Source of the DNA: Ginglymostoma cirratum
Taxonomy: Eukaryota
DNA length: 51,594 nucleotides
Assembly (NCBI GenBank): GCA_024137785.1
Contig: JAHRHZ010000085.1
Span: 3,664,869 to 3,716,462 of the forward strand
Direction: 5' to 3'
The notes beneath the pieces are model-generated. The model had not been told where the DNA came from, did not search any database, and saw only the letters and a list, made by a program, of their open reading frames with translations. Made by a program: the position numbers and the translations under genes. Position 1 is the first letter of the stretch; each line of letters starts with the position of its first letter. Of this stretch, positions 1 to 12,344 are shown piece by piece.

Positions 1-700
1 CCACAAAACAGCAAACATCTCATTTTGCTGACTTTCTTCGTTCCCTTCCCATCCTTCCCTGGTTTTCCCTTGTTACCGCGCTCCTGCATGAGCTTGGCGC
101 ACTTCCGCATCCACTAACTGTCCAAACAACATTACAACTTCACCGCCTGGTCTGCCCTGAGCTGGCCCCAACATTGCCAGCAGCGTCCCTCTGAGGTGCG
201 TTTGTCCGTTGTGCATGAGTTGGTTTCTCATTTGGATTGTGAAAGCTTCTTGGTCCATCCCTGGAAATTGTTCGTGCACAATCCTGTTTGTGTAGCGAAC
301 TCCGGAATCGGGCACTTCCCTGTGATATTGTACGTCACGGGACAGCTTCCTGCTCCCAATCCATGAGTGGTCCAGATACTTAGCTCTCAATGCTTTGTGT
401 ATCCATGCAGCGAATGCTCCTGTTCCCTGTGCTCCATGGAGAGCAATCTGCGTGGCTGTGCATGGAGACAAGGCTCCTCATTATTGAGAGAAACATTAGA
501 CGCCACGGAGTCCCACAGCCGGGTTATCCAAGCTCCCAGTGCCCTGCTTTCTGACGGAATATTTTTGTCCCAAATCCTGCAATTCTGCCAGTGGGTAATC
601 CCGCACGATTCGAGCATGGTGTGGGGCCTGCTGGCCGAGCCCCTTAGCTGTATTAGTTCCTAACGGGCGCGCTAAGGGGCACATTATCACCATTAGGGTC
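1..700 (-). mobile_element. Degenerate endogenous retrovirus gag (ERV-L / Fv1-like capsid region), frameshifted
   Basis: Three minus-strand ORF pieces join colinearly: RDYPLAELQDLGQKYS / ESRALGAWITRLWDSVASNVSLNNEE / GAFAAWIHKALRAKY...FPGMDQEAFTIQMRNQLMHNGQTHLRGTLLAML. These match, in order, recalled ERV-L gag motifs (YTxxEL..., WxLRxWDxGxxxIxL, GPEDxPxTxAxRNxxVxxAPxxLxxxxxALL). Confidence 0.65.
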
Positions 701-959
701 TCCTTCCCAATCAGTCCCCTCGTACTCCAAATCGGACGAATATGAGTCCCAGTGGCTGGGGACAAGCTGAAGCAAATAAAAAGCACTTCAGCTCGATTCA
801 CTTTCCAGTTTGTTGTTTTCTCCTGGCTCGGCGACTTTTTGTGCTGCAATGTGGCAAATTTGCACTTTATACAGTTTGACTGTTCTTCCCAGTCCGGCAG
901 TTAGACACACCACTGTTCTGCCCTTCTCACATTCCGATCACTTAATCTGTAATGTCAAC

Positions 960-1150
960 ATCATTTCTCCCCCCAGCACTCCAACCCCCACCACCACCAT
1001 CCCCAACACCCACCATTGTATACATGCTGCCCACTACAGACTTCACCAGCTCTGATGAAGGGTCGTCTAGCCCTGAAATGTTAGCTTGCTCTCTCTCCAT
1101 GGAAGCTGCCTGACCCTCTGTGATTCCCAGTACTTCTTGTTTTTGTTGCA
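960..1150 (+). mobile_element. Penelope-like element terminal fragment inserted in the ERV
   Basis: Same terminal motif (ctgatgaaggg...gaaa.gtt...gctgcctgacc) as the Penelope ends at ~5380-5460 and 17740-17830. Confidence 0.6.
1048..1086 (+). ncRNA. Minimal type I hammerhead ribozyme-like motif
   Basis: AGCT-CTGATGA-AGGG(tcgtctag)CCCT-GAAA-TGTT-AGCT: stem I AGCU/AGCU, CUGAUGA core, 4-bp stem II, GAAA, and a GUU triplet with a vestigial helix III. Confidence 0.55.
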
Positions 1151-1550
1151 GGTTATACTAGTCTGCTTCTACTCGGCTTTATCTGTTTTTTTCCTGGGCG
1201 GTCTGAGCCGCCCTCGCCAGCGCAGCGGTCAATGTCCCTTTCGCCTCCTTGAAATCTCGCTCCTATCGGGGCACCGTACGGGAGGCCGCTCAGCAGTATC
1301 CACCCTATGTGGGTGACGCCCTTGGTTTGCTTTGAGAAACCTACTTCCCCAGACAGCCCTTCATGGCACAGAGTAATCCCTTAGGATTCTGCTCCTAATC
1401 CCTTTTCCAAAACTACGTGGTGCTGCCATAGCCAACCGGTCACTAGCACACGGAACAGATTATTAAAGGACCATCTCGGGACACAGAATGTTTCCACAGC
1501 CAAAGTATCCTTCATTTTCTTCAACATCTTGCTGCAGGCAGCACCAAATG
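1150..1550 (-). mobile_element. Probable 5' leader / gag N-terminus of the same ERV, with a possible PBS
   Basis: GC-richer segment contiguous with the gag remnant. The minus strand reads ...ACA TT TGGTGCTGC (1550-1538), an LTR-end/PBS-like junction, followed by an ATG-opened frame MLKKMKDTLAVETFCVPRW. Confidence 0.3.
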
Positions 1551-1754
1551 TATTGTTCGGCTGAAAGTACCGAACTACCTCTCTAAATTCTGGTCAAAAT
1601 GATGACTAGGGTACTTAAATATATATAATTTATTGGGTTAAAATACTTTACATCGCTGAATTACAACTGTTCGTTTACGCTACACATATATATTAAAGCT
1701 AACTGGTGACGTTAACCAACTGAGACGTATATTAAACATGTGGTCTTTCTGTTT

Positions 1755-2560
1755 GTATTCATTGAATGTGTTATTTACTGGGAGGATATTTATTGTTTAT
1801 ATCTAATTGTCAAGAGGGCAGTTAACAACCGTTCAATTTGCAGTGAGTCACATGCAGGCCAGTTAACAATGACAGAATGAGTTCCAAAAGGATATTAAAC
1901 CAGCTGGTCTTCGAATTGTAGAGATGGACAGCATGAAAACAAACCCTTCCTTCCAACTCGTCCATGCTGACTAGATATCCTAAATTCATCTAGTCACATT
2001 TTCCAGCATTTAGTACGTATCTATCCAAGCCCTTCCTATTTATACACCCATCCAGACGCCTTTCAAATGTTGTAATTGTACCAGCCTCTACCACTTCCAC
2101 TGGCAGTGCGTTCCACACATGCAACACCCTCAGCATGAAAACGTTGAACCTTGGGTCACTTTTAAATCTTTCCCCTCTCGCCTTAAACCTATGCCCTCCA
2201 GTTTTGACTCCCCGACCCTGGGAAAAAGAGTCATGGATAGGGTGAACCCTCCAATTGTCGAAGCTTCTATATGTTCACCTCTCAGCCTCAGATGCTCCAG
2301 AAAACAAAGGACCAGCCTTTCAGCCTCTCTCCCTCCAGCTCAAGCTCCCAAAACCCTGGAAATACCTTTGTAAACTTTTCTGAACCCTTTCAAGTTTAAC
2401 AACACCATTTTGACGGCAAGGAGACCAGTGTTTTTAACGTAAACACCATTCCAGGTTTTTAATAAATTCAAATGTCACCTTCTGCGCTGGTGGTATAAAA
2501 ATCCATGAGCCAGGAGCTTACAGCTCTGTATTGTGAGCCTAGTATATTAAAACTATGTAA
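1755..2560 (-). mobile_element. Degenerate DeuSINE-type tRNA SINE split by a CR1 insertion
   Basis: 1755-1910 and 2450-2560 resemble the reverse complement of the two halves of the SINE at 13718-14067. Confidence 0.45.
1913..2430 (-). mobile_element. CR1 LINE 3' fragment
   Basis: Reverse complement of the CR1 ORF2 C-terminus and 3' UTR seen at 26280-26830. Confidence 0.8.
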
Positions 2561-2992
2561 TTGTTTCCCGTCAACAGTTAGATTCGTTGTACATGGAGAA
2601 AAAAATTGTTTAAAATTATGTCAATTACTTTATGCTCCAAAGTGAATCTCGGAGAATGTTGCCCTATGATAACTGCTATCTGATCCGAACTCTTTATAAT
2701 CGAATATTGCTATTGTTGGATTCATAAACTATCTTTATTTCGATAAATTAAAAGATGACCATTCAAATATCTTCATCATTGCTGTAATTTCCCCAAAATC
2801 TGATGACTTGCCCTTTTTGTATCCAAGTGCATACAGGAAAACTGACTGGAGAAATTGATATGTGAGATTTCATGAACAGTATTAGAACACTAACAAGGTG
2901 GTTTCATGGGAAATGAAACGTGTGATATTTAAATTTATGTGTCTCTGCTTTCCAATACAATTTCTGATTTTAGTTTTATGTCCATCTAACAG

Positions 2993-3106
2993 ATTTTGCC
3001 GCCAAAAACCGGGTTGCTAAGGTTGCTCTATGTGCCACTGGAGCACTTGCAATTCTATTGTGCACAGTGATGATTGTGAAGCGTCTTCTCTTCATTATAT
3101 CTAAAG
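2993..3106 (+). CDS. SIRPalpha-like receptor gene 1, transmembrane exon
   Basis: ctaacAG|...AAAG|GTatga, 114 nt, phase 1-1. Translates xFAAKNRVAKVALCATGALAILLCTVMIVKRLLFIISK (hydrophobic stretch followed by KR). Confidence 0.8.
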
Positions 3107-3546
3107 GTATGAATAGGAATATATATACTGAATGAAATAACTTCCATCTGAGTATTGATTAAACAACCTGAATTGCATTCACATAATCGGGTACTGAAAT
3201 CTGAATTCTCCAGTTGAAATAAATATATGATGTGAAACGACTTGCAAGCATTTGTGTCACTTCAACACTCGCATTACATGTTCAGGTTCATAGCTTTAGT
3301 ATGCTAAAGCCTATCTGTTCAGATCTGTAGGTAGTCTGGTGAATTTGACTGATGAAGTAATATTTCCACAGCTTCAAAACATAACTCAATATGTGCACTT
3401 GAGTTGAACATTTTGAGTTACATTCTGAATCCAGTTAGCCTTTTATACTACTTTTGTATTTGAATTACATGGTATTTTGTTGGCTTACAGACGCATGCAA
3501 ACATCACATCTCTCTTGACAATTAATGCTAAATTTATTGTCGCCAG

Positions 3547-3590
3547 GTTCAAAGGAAAAAGTAAGAAATCCTACTCAACACAAAGATGAG
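3547..3590 (+). CDS. Gene 1, short cytoplasmic exon
   Basis: gtcgccAG|...GATGAG|GTaaag, 44 nt, phase 1-0, GSKEKVRNPTQHKDE. Links the TM exon in frame to the exon at 7268. Confidence 0.75.
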
Positions 3591-3699
3591 GTAAAGCCTT
3601 TTGTCATCAACTTTGCTTTGAACTTCATCTGAATGATTCAGACATTGCAATCAAAATAATATGCTTTAATCTATCTGTATGAAGTCAAAGCGTTTTACT

Positions 3700-5480
3700 G
3701 TTGTGACCTACCTTGACTCAATTTTCTCCCCTGTGGTCCAAGCACTTCCCACCTACATCCAGGACACAAACCATGCTCTTTGGAAACTTTCAGTTCCCTG
3801 GACCCCAGTATTTCATCTTTACCATGGATGTGCAATCTCTACGCACATCTATTCCCCACAAGGAGGGCCTACAGGCCCTCAGTCTTTTTCTCTACAACAG
3901 ACCCATTCAGTTCACCCCCACCAACACTCTCTTCCATCTTGTCGAACTAGTCCTCACCCTCAAAAACTTTTCCTTCAATTCTTTCCACATTCTCCAAATT
4001 CAATGGCTTGCCATGGACACTTGCATGAACCCCAGCTATGCCTGTCTGTTTGTCAGTTCTGTCAAATAGTCCCTGTCAGTACGTACACCAGTGCTGTTCC
4101 CCAACTCTTCTGCCGTGACATCAATGATAGCATCGGGCTGCATCCTGCACCCAGGCTGAACTGGAGCAGTTCATTGATTTCACTAGCAACTTCCATACCC
4201 GCCCTCACATTCACTTGGTCTATCTCAGACACCTCCATCCCCTTTCTTGACCTCGCCATTTCCATTTCTGGCAACAGTTTACGGACCGACATTTATTGTC
4301 AACTCACGGACTCTCATAGATACCTGGACTACACCGCCTACCACCCTGTATCCTGCAAAAACTCCATCCAATTTTCCCAATTCCTTCACCTTCCTCACAT
4401 CTGGTCTGACATGGTCTACTCACAAGCATTCCAGATGTCTGCCTTTTTCAAACAACACTCTCTTCCGCTTCTGTCGTCCAGATAGCCCTCCACCACATGT
4501 CTTCCATTCCCTGCTTGACAGCTCTTAACCACTGCCCCCACCCCCAAACATAATAAAGAGAGAGTTCCCCCTTGTCCTCACTTTCCACCCCATCAGCCTC
4601 TGCATCCAATGTATCATCCTCAAACACTTCCACTAACTGCCATTAGACCCTACCACCCAGAACATCTTCCACTCCCCACCCCTCTCTGCCTTCCGCAAGG
4701 ACCATTCCCTTTGCTACTCCTTAGTTCGTGCCACACTCCCCACCAACTACTCCAACCTGACCTTTATCTTGCTGTTGTAACTGTAAATGATGTAACACCT
4801 GCCCACACACCACCTTCCTCACCTCTATCCAGGGCTTTCAACACTCCTTCCAGGTGAGACAGAGCTTCACCTGCATCTCCTCCAACCTGGTCTTTTGCAT
4901 CTGGTGTACACAATGTGGTCTTCTCTGCATCAGTGAGACCAGACATAGGCCAGGTGATCGTTTTGCGAGCATTTTTGCCTGGCCTGTAATGGTGAGCCTA
5001 ATCTCTTGGGCACTGTCCATTTCTACTCCCCCCCTCCCTCCCCGACTCCTTCTCAGGCATCTCCATCCTTGGCCTCCTCCAGCGTCACAGCAACTGAGAA
5101 CGCAATTTTGAACAACAACACATTATCTTCCTCCTGGGCACCCTCAGCCTGGAGGACTCAACATTGAGTTCTCCAATTTCAAATAATTTTCCAACCCATC
5201 ACCACCTCCCCTTCTAGCCCCACCTCCTCCCTTTCATTCCACCTTCTGACGCTCCCTTCCAGCCACCAACCGGATTCATCTCTCGCAATGACCACTGTCC
5301 ACCTATCACCAACATTCTGCTACCCTGCCCTCTCTCCTCCACTTTATCTACAGCTCCCCCTACCCCCACATCCAGCCCTGAAGAAAGGTAATACCTGAAA
5401 TGTTGACTTCTCATTTCCTTCAGTTGCTGCCTGGGTTGCAGTGTTCGTTCAGCCTCCTTTGTGTCTTCCTTGACGAAAGT
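3700..5480 (+). mobile_element. Penelope-like retroelement, 5'-truncated and degenerate (RT + GIY-YIG endonuclease + terminal repeat)
   Basis: LPTYIQDTNHAL, FTMDVQSLRTSIPH, IPFLDLAISI, DSHRYLDY (PLE RT); FTCISSNLVFCIWCTQCGLLCISETRHRPGDRF (GIY-YIG). Confidence 0.9.
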
Positions 5481-7267
5481 GTAACATTGCCTTTGATATG
5501 AAAGGAACATATAGAAAGAAATGATTGAATGTATTACAAACACTTACAACTCTGATGCTTGTCATGAACAATTCCACCATTGTACGGTCACTCATGTTTC
5601 AAGGTTCTCTCACAACAACATCGTTAATTAACTATTTTTTGTCATATGTTACTAGATGGACATAGTTCTCTCATCTGTTCCTCAACATACTACTCTCAAA
5701 AGCTATCCCGAACACACTCCAAACCTCATCCTTCACAGCTTTCGTGTTCATTAGTTTGTCAAGCCTTTATCTAGATTGAATCCAGCCCTGATTGTTGCAC
5801 AAACTATGTACCACATGTCACAAATCTTTCTATTTAGTCTACACCTAACGTTACTCCTAGTGTTTGTGGCTTATAAGCAATTACCAATGATTCCTGCTTC
5901 TTGCTGTTCCTTAGCTTCACCATAGAAGATTCCTCATTTTATTATTCCAATCTCAAATCCTTCTTCACTGATCCCACCCATTACTACTCGCTAATACTAA
6001 CATATCTTCTTTTCCTTTGTCCCCTCCTAAATGTCATTGAATATTATTGAATAATCAGTTGTCCTGATTATCCTGCAGTGATGCGTTTGTAATGTCGATT
6101 ACGCCATCTCCATTCATCTCTATTTATTTGTTTTTAATCATCTACTTGTTGCAAGTAATGCATGCATTGAGTAGACTGCCCTTGAAATTGTCATTGTTAA
6201 CATGATTCTAAGCTTTGCTAATGCTTACCTTCATTTCCCCTGGTCTTGTCAGGTTGTGAAATCCTGTGTTTCACTGACTCAGGTGCAGAAGTGCAGATCA
6301 GAAGAGAAAAGAAATTCCTAATGATAAAGTACCTTGCATAAAACGTCTAAGAGCATATATGTAAATTAAAACTGAATTCTTGTATTTTGTTCTTTGAATG
6401 AAAGGAACACCATTGTTTATCCATTAAATTATTTCATTGCTCTCTGTATGACTATTAATGCTCCCCATTAATATGTTGCCTCGTGTTTCTATCTTAACAA
6501 AAAATCTTTAGATAGAAATTAACAATTTGCTGGAAAATGTTGTATGGCATTTTCTGTACCTTAACGATTCTATACAATTGGATTGCAAGTTCATCTTCAC
6601 TAAAAAATCTTCACTGTCCCATTTGTAGTCAATTAAATGGTGCAATTGAAATAACTATAGAGAGCTAATTATTTCATCACTGTTCAACTGTCCAATAAAC
6701 AATTGCTTTTATCAGTATAATTAACTCATAATTTATGCATTAAGCAAAAAAAAATGCCAGTTATAAACCAATTATTGCACAAATCAAAAATAGCATAGAA
6801 GTTTAGTAATTACACACAGTTTGAATTTGTACTTTTATTTCCAAATGGAGAAACATTCATTTATGGAACTTTATTTATCTTTGTAAAGGACATTCAGACC
6901 AATTCCATTTAGAAAATACACAATATCTGCAACTTGCTATAGGATGTAATGTTGAATGATTTCCGTATGAATGTTGAAAATTAATAATGGTGAATTAATG
7001 CAATTATTTTTTGCACAGGAAACGGAATTTAGCAGAGTTCCTCTTCTAAGTTTTAATACTTTCAACCATGAAGCTTCATAGATTATGAGCAGGGTTGCGT
7101 CAAAGCTTTCATTTATGTCCAGTGGGGAGAGGGAGATTGTATACAGAAGTTTTAAGCTATTAAGAATGTAACGAAGAGATAGCAAACTCAAGGAGACAAA
7201 TTGATTGCCAATGGTTACTTGGCTGCAGAAAATAGAAATTAATGAATGTTAAACCTTAACTTTTCAG

Positions 7268-7378
7268 AGAAAACAAGAAACAGCTGAAGACAGATTAATA
7301 TATGCTCATCTTGATCTGGTCCATTCAAAGGATGCTAAAATTCCTAAGCTGCAGGATGAAAGAACAGTATATGCCGAG
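7268..7378 (+). CDS. Gene 1, cytoplasmic exon with ITIM
   Basis: ttttcAG|...GCCGAG|GTacct, 111 nt, phase 0-0. RKQETAEDRLIYAHLDLVHSKDAKIPKLQDERTVYAE, containing ITIM LIYAHL and TVYAE. Confidence 0.88.
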
Positions 7379-7517
7379 GTACCTTTCTGTTCATATGTAT
7401 GAATAAAGTAACTATTTTCTTAATTACAATCATTTGGTTTTGAGATAACGTTGAGTAATTCTTAACTTTTAGTGAAATTTGAAACAATAATGATCTACTT
7501 TCAATGTTGTTTTACAG

Positions 7518-7646
7518 ACCAAACATAGCATGAGCAAATGCCAGCTGACTTATGCTGCTCTGAATTTGAATGGTCCCAGATTAACAGCGAAGCCAGAACA
7601 CACAACTGCAACTCCATTGTATGCAGCGGTGAAAGCCAGCAGCTAA
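7518..7646 (+). CDS. Gene 1, terminal coding exon with ITIM and stop
   Basis: ttttacAG|TKHSMSKCQLTYAALNLNGPRLTAKPEHTTATPLYAAVKASS*, containing LTYAAL and PLYAAV. Confidence 0.88.
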   Translation, partial: TKHSMSKCQLTYAALNLNGPRLTAKPEHTTATPLYAAVKASS

Positions 7647-8274
7647 ATTAAATGATACTGAGACAAAAATCAAGTGTTATTGGTATTATGGGTGTTTTCT
7701 ATTCTTTTCTGCCTGGTGAAGTCTGTTTCATGGTCTTTAATTGCTTTCAAAAAATAGTTGTTAACTTTTTTCTTCTGTTAATGTCTCATGAACTAACTTT
7801 ATTTTGCCCTCAAACTTGCTGCACCTTTTGAGATAGCAACTGGCTTCATTCTAACTATTAAACTCATCATTCTTTTGAACTCTCCACTATGTTACACATA
7901 ATGAGCATCATTGTTTTCTAATAGATTTCTAAAAACTCCAATACCATCAGATTTTGCACGCGATTTCACTGCTAGTTACATTATGAAAATACTGATATTT
8001 TGATTCTGTTTGTTTTTTTCAGTGTAGGATGGTTCGAACTGTGCCAAATATATATCAGTTTTTCATTGCTTTATTCTTTTTAATTTGTTCATGTTTTATT
8101 GGATTTTTTGGATTTAAAGTGGTTGTTTGATCCACTATAATTCAAGCAATAGTTCTGATTTTATTAGACCTGTGTCATTCCACTTTAACCATGTTCTGTA
8201 AAAATATTTTTCCTTTCATTTCCCTTCTGTGAAGCTAAATAGGCCCAAGTGATAATTGGCTACAATACTTTGTT

Positions 8275-8670
8275 TTCGTTTGTTCAGTGGATGCAGGTTC
8301 ATTGGCTGGGCCAGCATTAATCGTCCATTCCTAATTGCACTTTAACTGAGTGGTTTACGAGGACAGTTCAGCGAGCCGCGAAGAGTCAACCACATGACTT
8401 TGGGTCTTGAATCACATTCAGGCCAGAGCTAGTAAGGATAACACATTTACTTCTGTAATGGGCATTAATGATCCCAATTTTTTTTTTTTTTTGTTTTGCA
8501 AAAGTCATGAGTGATACATGGTCAGAATTAACCTAGCTTTCAATTCCAAATTCTCAAATTGCATTCAGGTTTTCCCTTCTGCCATGGAGGAATTTTAACT
8601 CATGTCCTCAGAAAATTGGTCTGGGCCACTGAATTACCAGACCATTGACATGACCATGATGCTAATGCCT
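8275..8670 (-). mobile_element. DeuSINE-type tRNA SINE
   Basis: Reverse complement similarity to 13718-14067 (gagtcaaccacat, gaatcacattcaggccag). Confidence 0.7.
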
Positions 8671-10719
8671 CCTTGATTTCATTAATTGGCAATATTTCCT
8701 GCTCAAAAATGACTCTTCAAGTGGAGATAGCAAATAGAAATGCTCAATCCATCCAATGTTTATACCAATGTTTCAACCTTGATAACTCACCTTTTCAATA
8801 AAGTGCATTCCTGCAGAACTATTTGCAGCATCTCAGAAATAAGCACCTTCACAAGTCAAGAACATTTAATGTTCATAATTTTTTTTTGCATTTCTGGAGT
8901 CCAGCAGTTACTCCAGTTTCATATTGCCATAACACGTAATTTGAGGATGATCTGTTGATTGTTTCCCTGCAACAGAGCTAATGTCAAGCTTTATATTATT
9001 CTGGTAAATTGATCAGTATTTGTTTCCATTGAAGTTACTCTTTATTCAGTGCTACCTTTCTCCTGTTGGATTTACTTGTATAATGTTTAGTGTGAGCTTG
9101 AGTTACTGGTTTTGTGTTACTAACCAGCTTGCCCCCACCCCCACACCCCACCGCTGCTGTGTCTGATGTTAATAATTAACTTGGAAGTATGTTGTTGGCA
9201 GGCAATTGCTTTTCTAAAGCAAATTACAAAGCCCCGCTCTGAGGGGTTTGGATTCTGTGCACTCATGGACTATTGTTTGCCACAGATTCCTTGCAAACTA
9301 GCAAGGTTAATAGTGGGGTATCAAATGTTTGCTGGGGAGTTGTGAAATTTGCTTTGCTTAACAGTCAGGGACATGTAACGTTGCTGACAGAGAGAGCCTT
9401 TGAGTCGTGAAGTTCTTGGAAAGGGATGGAAATATTGTGAAATGTTCATCAGCAGGGACTGGTAGATTTAGTGAATTAGATTACCTGGAAGCGTAGAGAT
9501 TTTGTTAGTCCCGAAACAGAAGTACTGGGATAATCAAAAAACTCAACTTGCATTAATTCAGAGAAGCTCAGGTATGTGTTAGCTTCAGGAAGAAGCAATC
9601 ATTGTTCCAGTCTAAAATTTGTTGTGTCAATTAGCTTAAACCTACCATCTTAATATTATATGAAAGGTGTATTGAGAATTGCACTGGCATTATGTTTTTG
9701 ATACTAATTAAAAGCTAATTCCTTTCTTATCAATTTATTGAGGGGTGTTTTGTGATTAATAGGATTATACATTTTACTCTGTGCTTATAGTATTTGAATT
9801 TGTGTGGAATTTTATAGTTTTGTTTATTCTATTTTATCTTTGCTCTTTTGTAATGCATTTGCTTTGTTGATAAAGCAAAACCTATAGTATCGTGTGCTTT
9901 TGTTTACATCAGATGACACTGTTTAAACCAAACAAACAAAACGATGATCTATCAACCAGACTCCGAAGTGGTTTCTGATTCATCTAGTTTTTTAAAAAAA
10001 TTCAGCTGGGATCATCACAGCTACAAAAGCAATTTTCCAATCTCAGTGTACGGATTATGCACCTTTAATCTACACCAGCTATCACATCTCACAGTTTGGT
10101 ATTGATGACGGTTTCCATTGTCATATCTACTTCCAATCTCAGTAATATCAAGTACTTCAGTATTCTGGACTCTACTCTTAACTAGCTGAAAGAAGTATCC
10201 AGACTATTCAGTTATTTACCTTTGCAGATATAATTTCACAAATTTATTTTCTGATAATGCATTGTTTAACTTTTAAAACATCAGCATTGTTTTACTTATG
10301 CTCTGTGTTAAGATGTTGTTGATTTTTCTTTAAAAAAATCACTTTTGATGTCTCTGTATAAGAAAAATGTAATTTGGTATTGATAGAAGTGAAATGAGAG
10401 AAATGAGTGGTTTGATTTAGAAGCAATCATGTTGGTACATATCTAAATAAGACTAAAAAGGCAGAAATTAATTCTTTTGAAAAGCGACAGTATGATTAAT
10501 GTAGCTTCCACGTGAAGTGCAACTTAAACGGTTACACCTCAAACAGAATTTCATGAAACATTATTTTTTCTGGACCATATTACATAGCATATTACACCAA
10601 TTTAATCTATCATTGTTTTCTTATGAGTTATTTCATTTATATATAAATACGGGATATGATTTCAGAAGAGGTATGTTCAAATGCATACAGACAGTTAGCT
10701 GTAATATTAATATTTAAGT

Positions 10720-10960
10720 AAACATAGAACATAGAAGCACGAGTAGGCCATTCAGGCTTTCAAGGCTGCTCCATCATTCAATATGACCATACAAGGTGGT
10801 ACCCTGTTCCTGCTTTCTCCTGGTACCCTTTGGCTCCTTTAGCACAAATAACTATATCTAAGTCTTTCTTGAAAACATCAAATGCTTTCACCTCAACCAC
10901 TTTCTGTGGCAGAGAATTCCACAAGCTCATAACTTGCTGTGTGAAAAAATTTCTCCTCAT
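10720..10960 (-). mobile_element. CR1 LINE 3' end
   Basis: RNFFTQQVMSLWNSLPQKVVE on the minus strand; (aacatag)n tail. Confidence 0.8.
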
Positions 10961-11254
10961 TGCAGGAATGTGCAATAGGACATTTGGAAAACCATATTTT
11001 TTGATACAGTTACAAAGTTTCTGGAAGTGAATGTGTAAATAGAAAGGCAGCATTTTCCCCTTTATTCGAGGAAATATGTGAATCAAATGAATAACTTGTG
11101 CAAGTACAAAAGGTTTTGATGAGATCTCAGTTGCAAAACTGCACATGGTTTTGATTTCACTGTGTAATGTAGGATATACCTTTGTTAGCAAAGATGCAAT
11201 TCCATGATGTCTGTGAAGAGAAGACCATCTAATGGGTACAATCAATCAAAAATG

Positions 11255-12280
11255 GACCACGTGCTGGAACATTATTATAGCCTTGGTTCAAACATGGACA
11301 AGAGAGCTGCATTCCAGAGGTGAGATGAGAGTGACAGCACTTGACACCAAGGCCACATTCCATTGAGGGTAGCATCAAGGAGCCCGAGCAATACTGGAAT
11401 TGCAAGGAGCAACTTTTTGGTGGTTGGGTTCATACACAGCACATAGGAAGATGATTGTGATTGCTAGATTTCAATCATCTCCGCTCCAGGATATCTCATC
11501 ACGAGTTCCTCAGGGTTGTATCATCGGCCCAACTATCTTCAGCTGCTCATCAATGACCTCCCCTACATCATAAGGCTGGAGATGGGGACAATTGCCAATG
11601 ATTGCAAAATGTTCAGTGCTCAAATATTGAACCTGTCCATTTTCAGACGTGACAATTTCTGGACAATATCCAGGCATGGGCTGACAAGTGGGAAGAAATG
11701 CTCGTGCAATGCAAATGCCAGGCATTGGCTATCTCTAATAAGAGAAAATCTAACCATAGCCCCTTCACATTCAATGCCATTATCAACAGTGAACCCTCCC
11801 CCACCCCAATTATTAACATCACTGGTGTTACTATTGACCAGAGTCTCAGCTGGACTTGCCACATAAACACAATTGCTACAAGAGCAGGTAAAAAGGTTGA
11901 AGTACTGCAGTGAGTAACTCACCTCTTGACTCCCCAAAGTCTGTCCACTATGTACATGGCACAAGTCAGGAGTTTGATGGCTATCTGTCCAGTTGTCTGG
12001 AAAGGCATAGCTCCAGAAACACCCAAGAAACTTTACACCATCCAAGACAAAGTAGCCCACTTGATTGGCACCACATCCACAAGCATCCATTGTCCCCACC
12101 ACAGATACTCAATAGCACCAGTATGTACTATTGATAAGATGCAATGTAGAAATTCACAAACGATTCTCAGACAGTACCTTCCAAACCCAAGACCACTTCG
12201 AAATTGAAGAGCAATGGCAGCAGATATATGAGTACACCACCACCTGCAAGTTCCCCTCCAAGCCACTCACCATCCTGTAA
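11255..12280 (+). mobile_element. CR1/L2-group LINE RT fragment, degenerate
   Basis: Remnants of ALDxKAxFxRVWH, VPQGxxxGPTIFSCxINDLP, GVTIDQSLSWTCHIN and AQVRSxM across frames. Confidence 0.8.
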
Positions 12281-12344
12281 ATTGACCTTTGAGACAGAAA
12301 TGGTTTTGTGTTTCAAAGGTGAAATCTAAGGAGTTTTATTGGAT

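Noticed and set aside
3008-3025. Charged residue (R/K) marking an activating TM in gene 1
   Set aside because: R and K lie just before the 19-residue hydrophobic core, and the tail carries ITIMs; not clearly intramembrane.
9100-10020. Solo Gypsy LTR (ends ...ctgggatcatcaca)
   Set aside because: No matching TSD or second copy in the window, so the boundaries cannot be supported.
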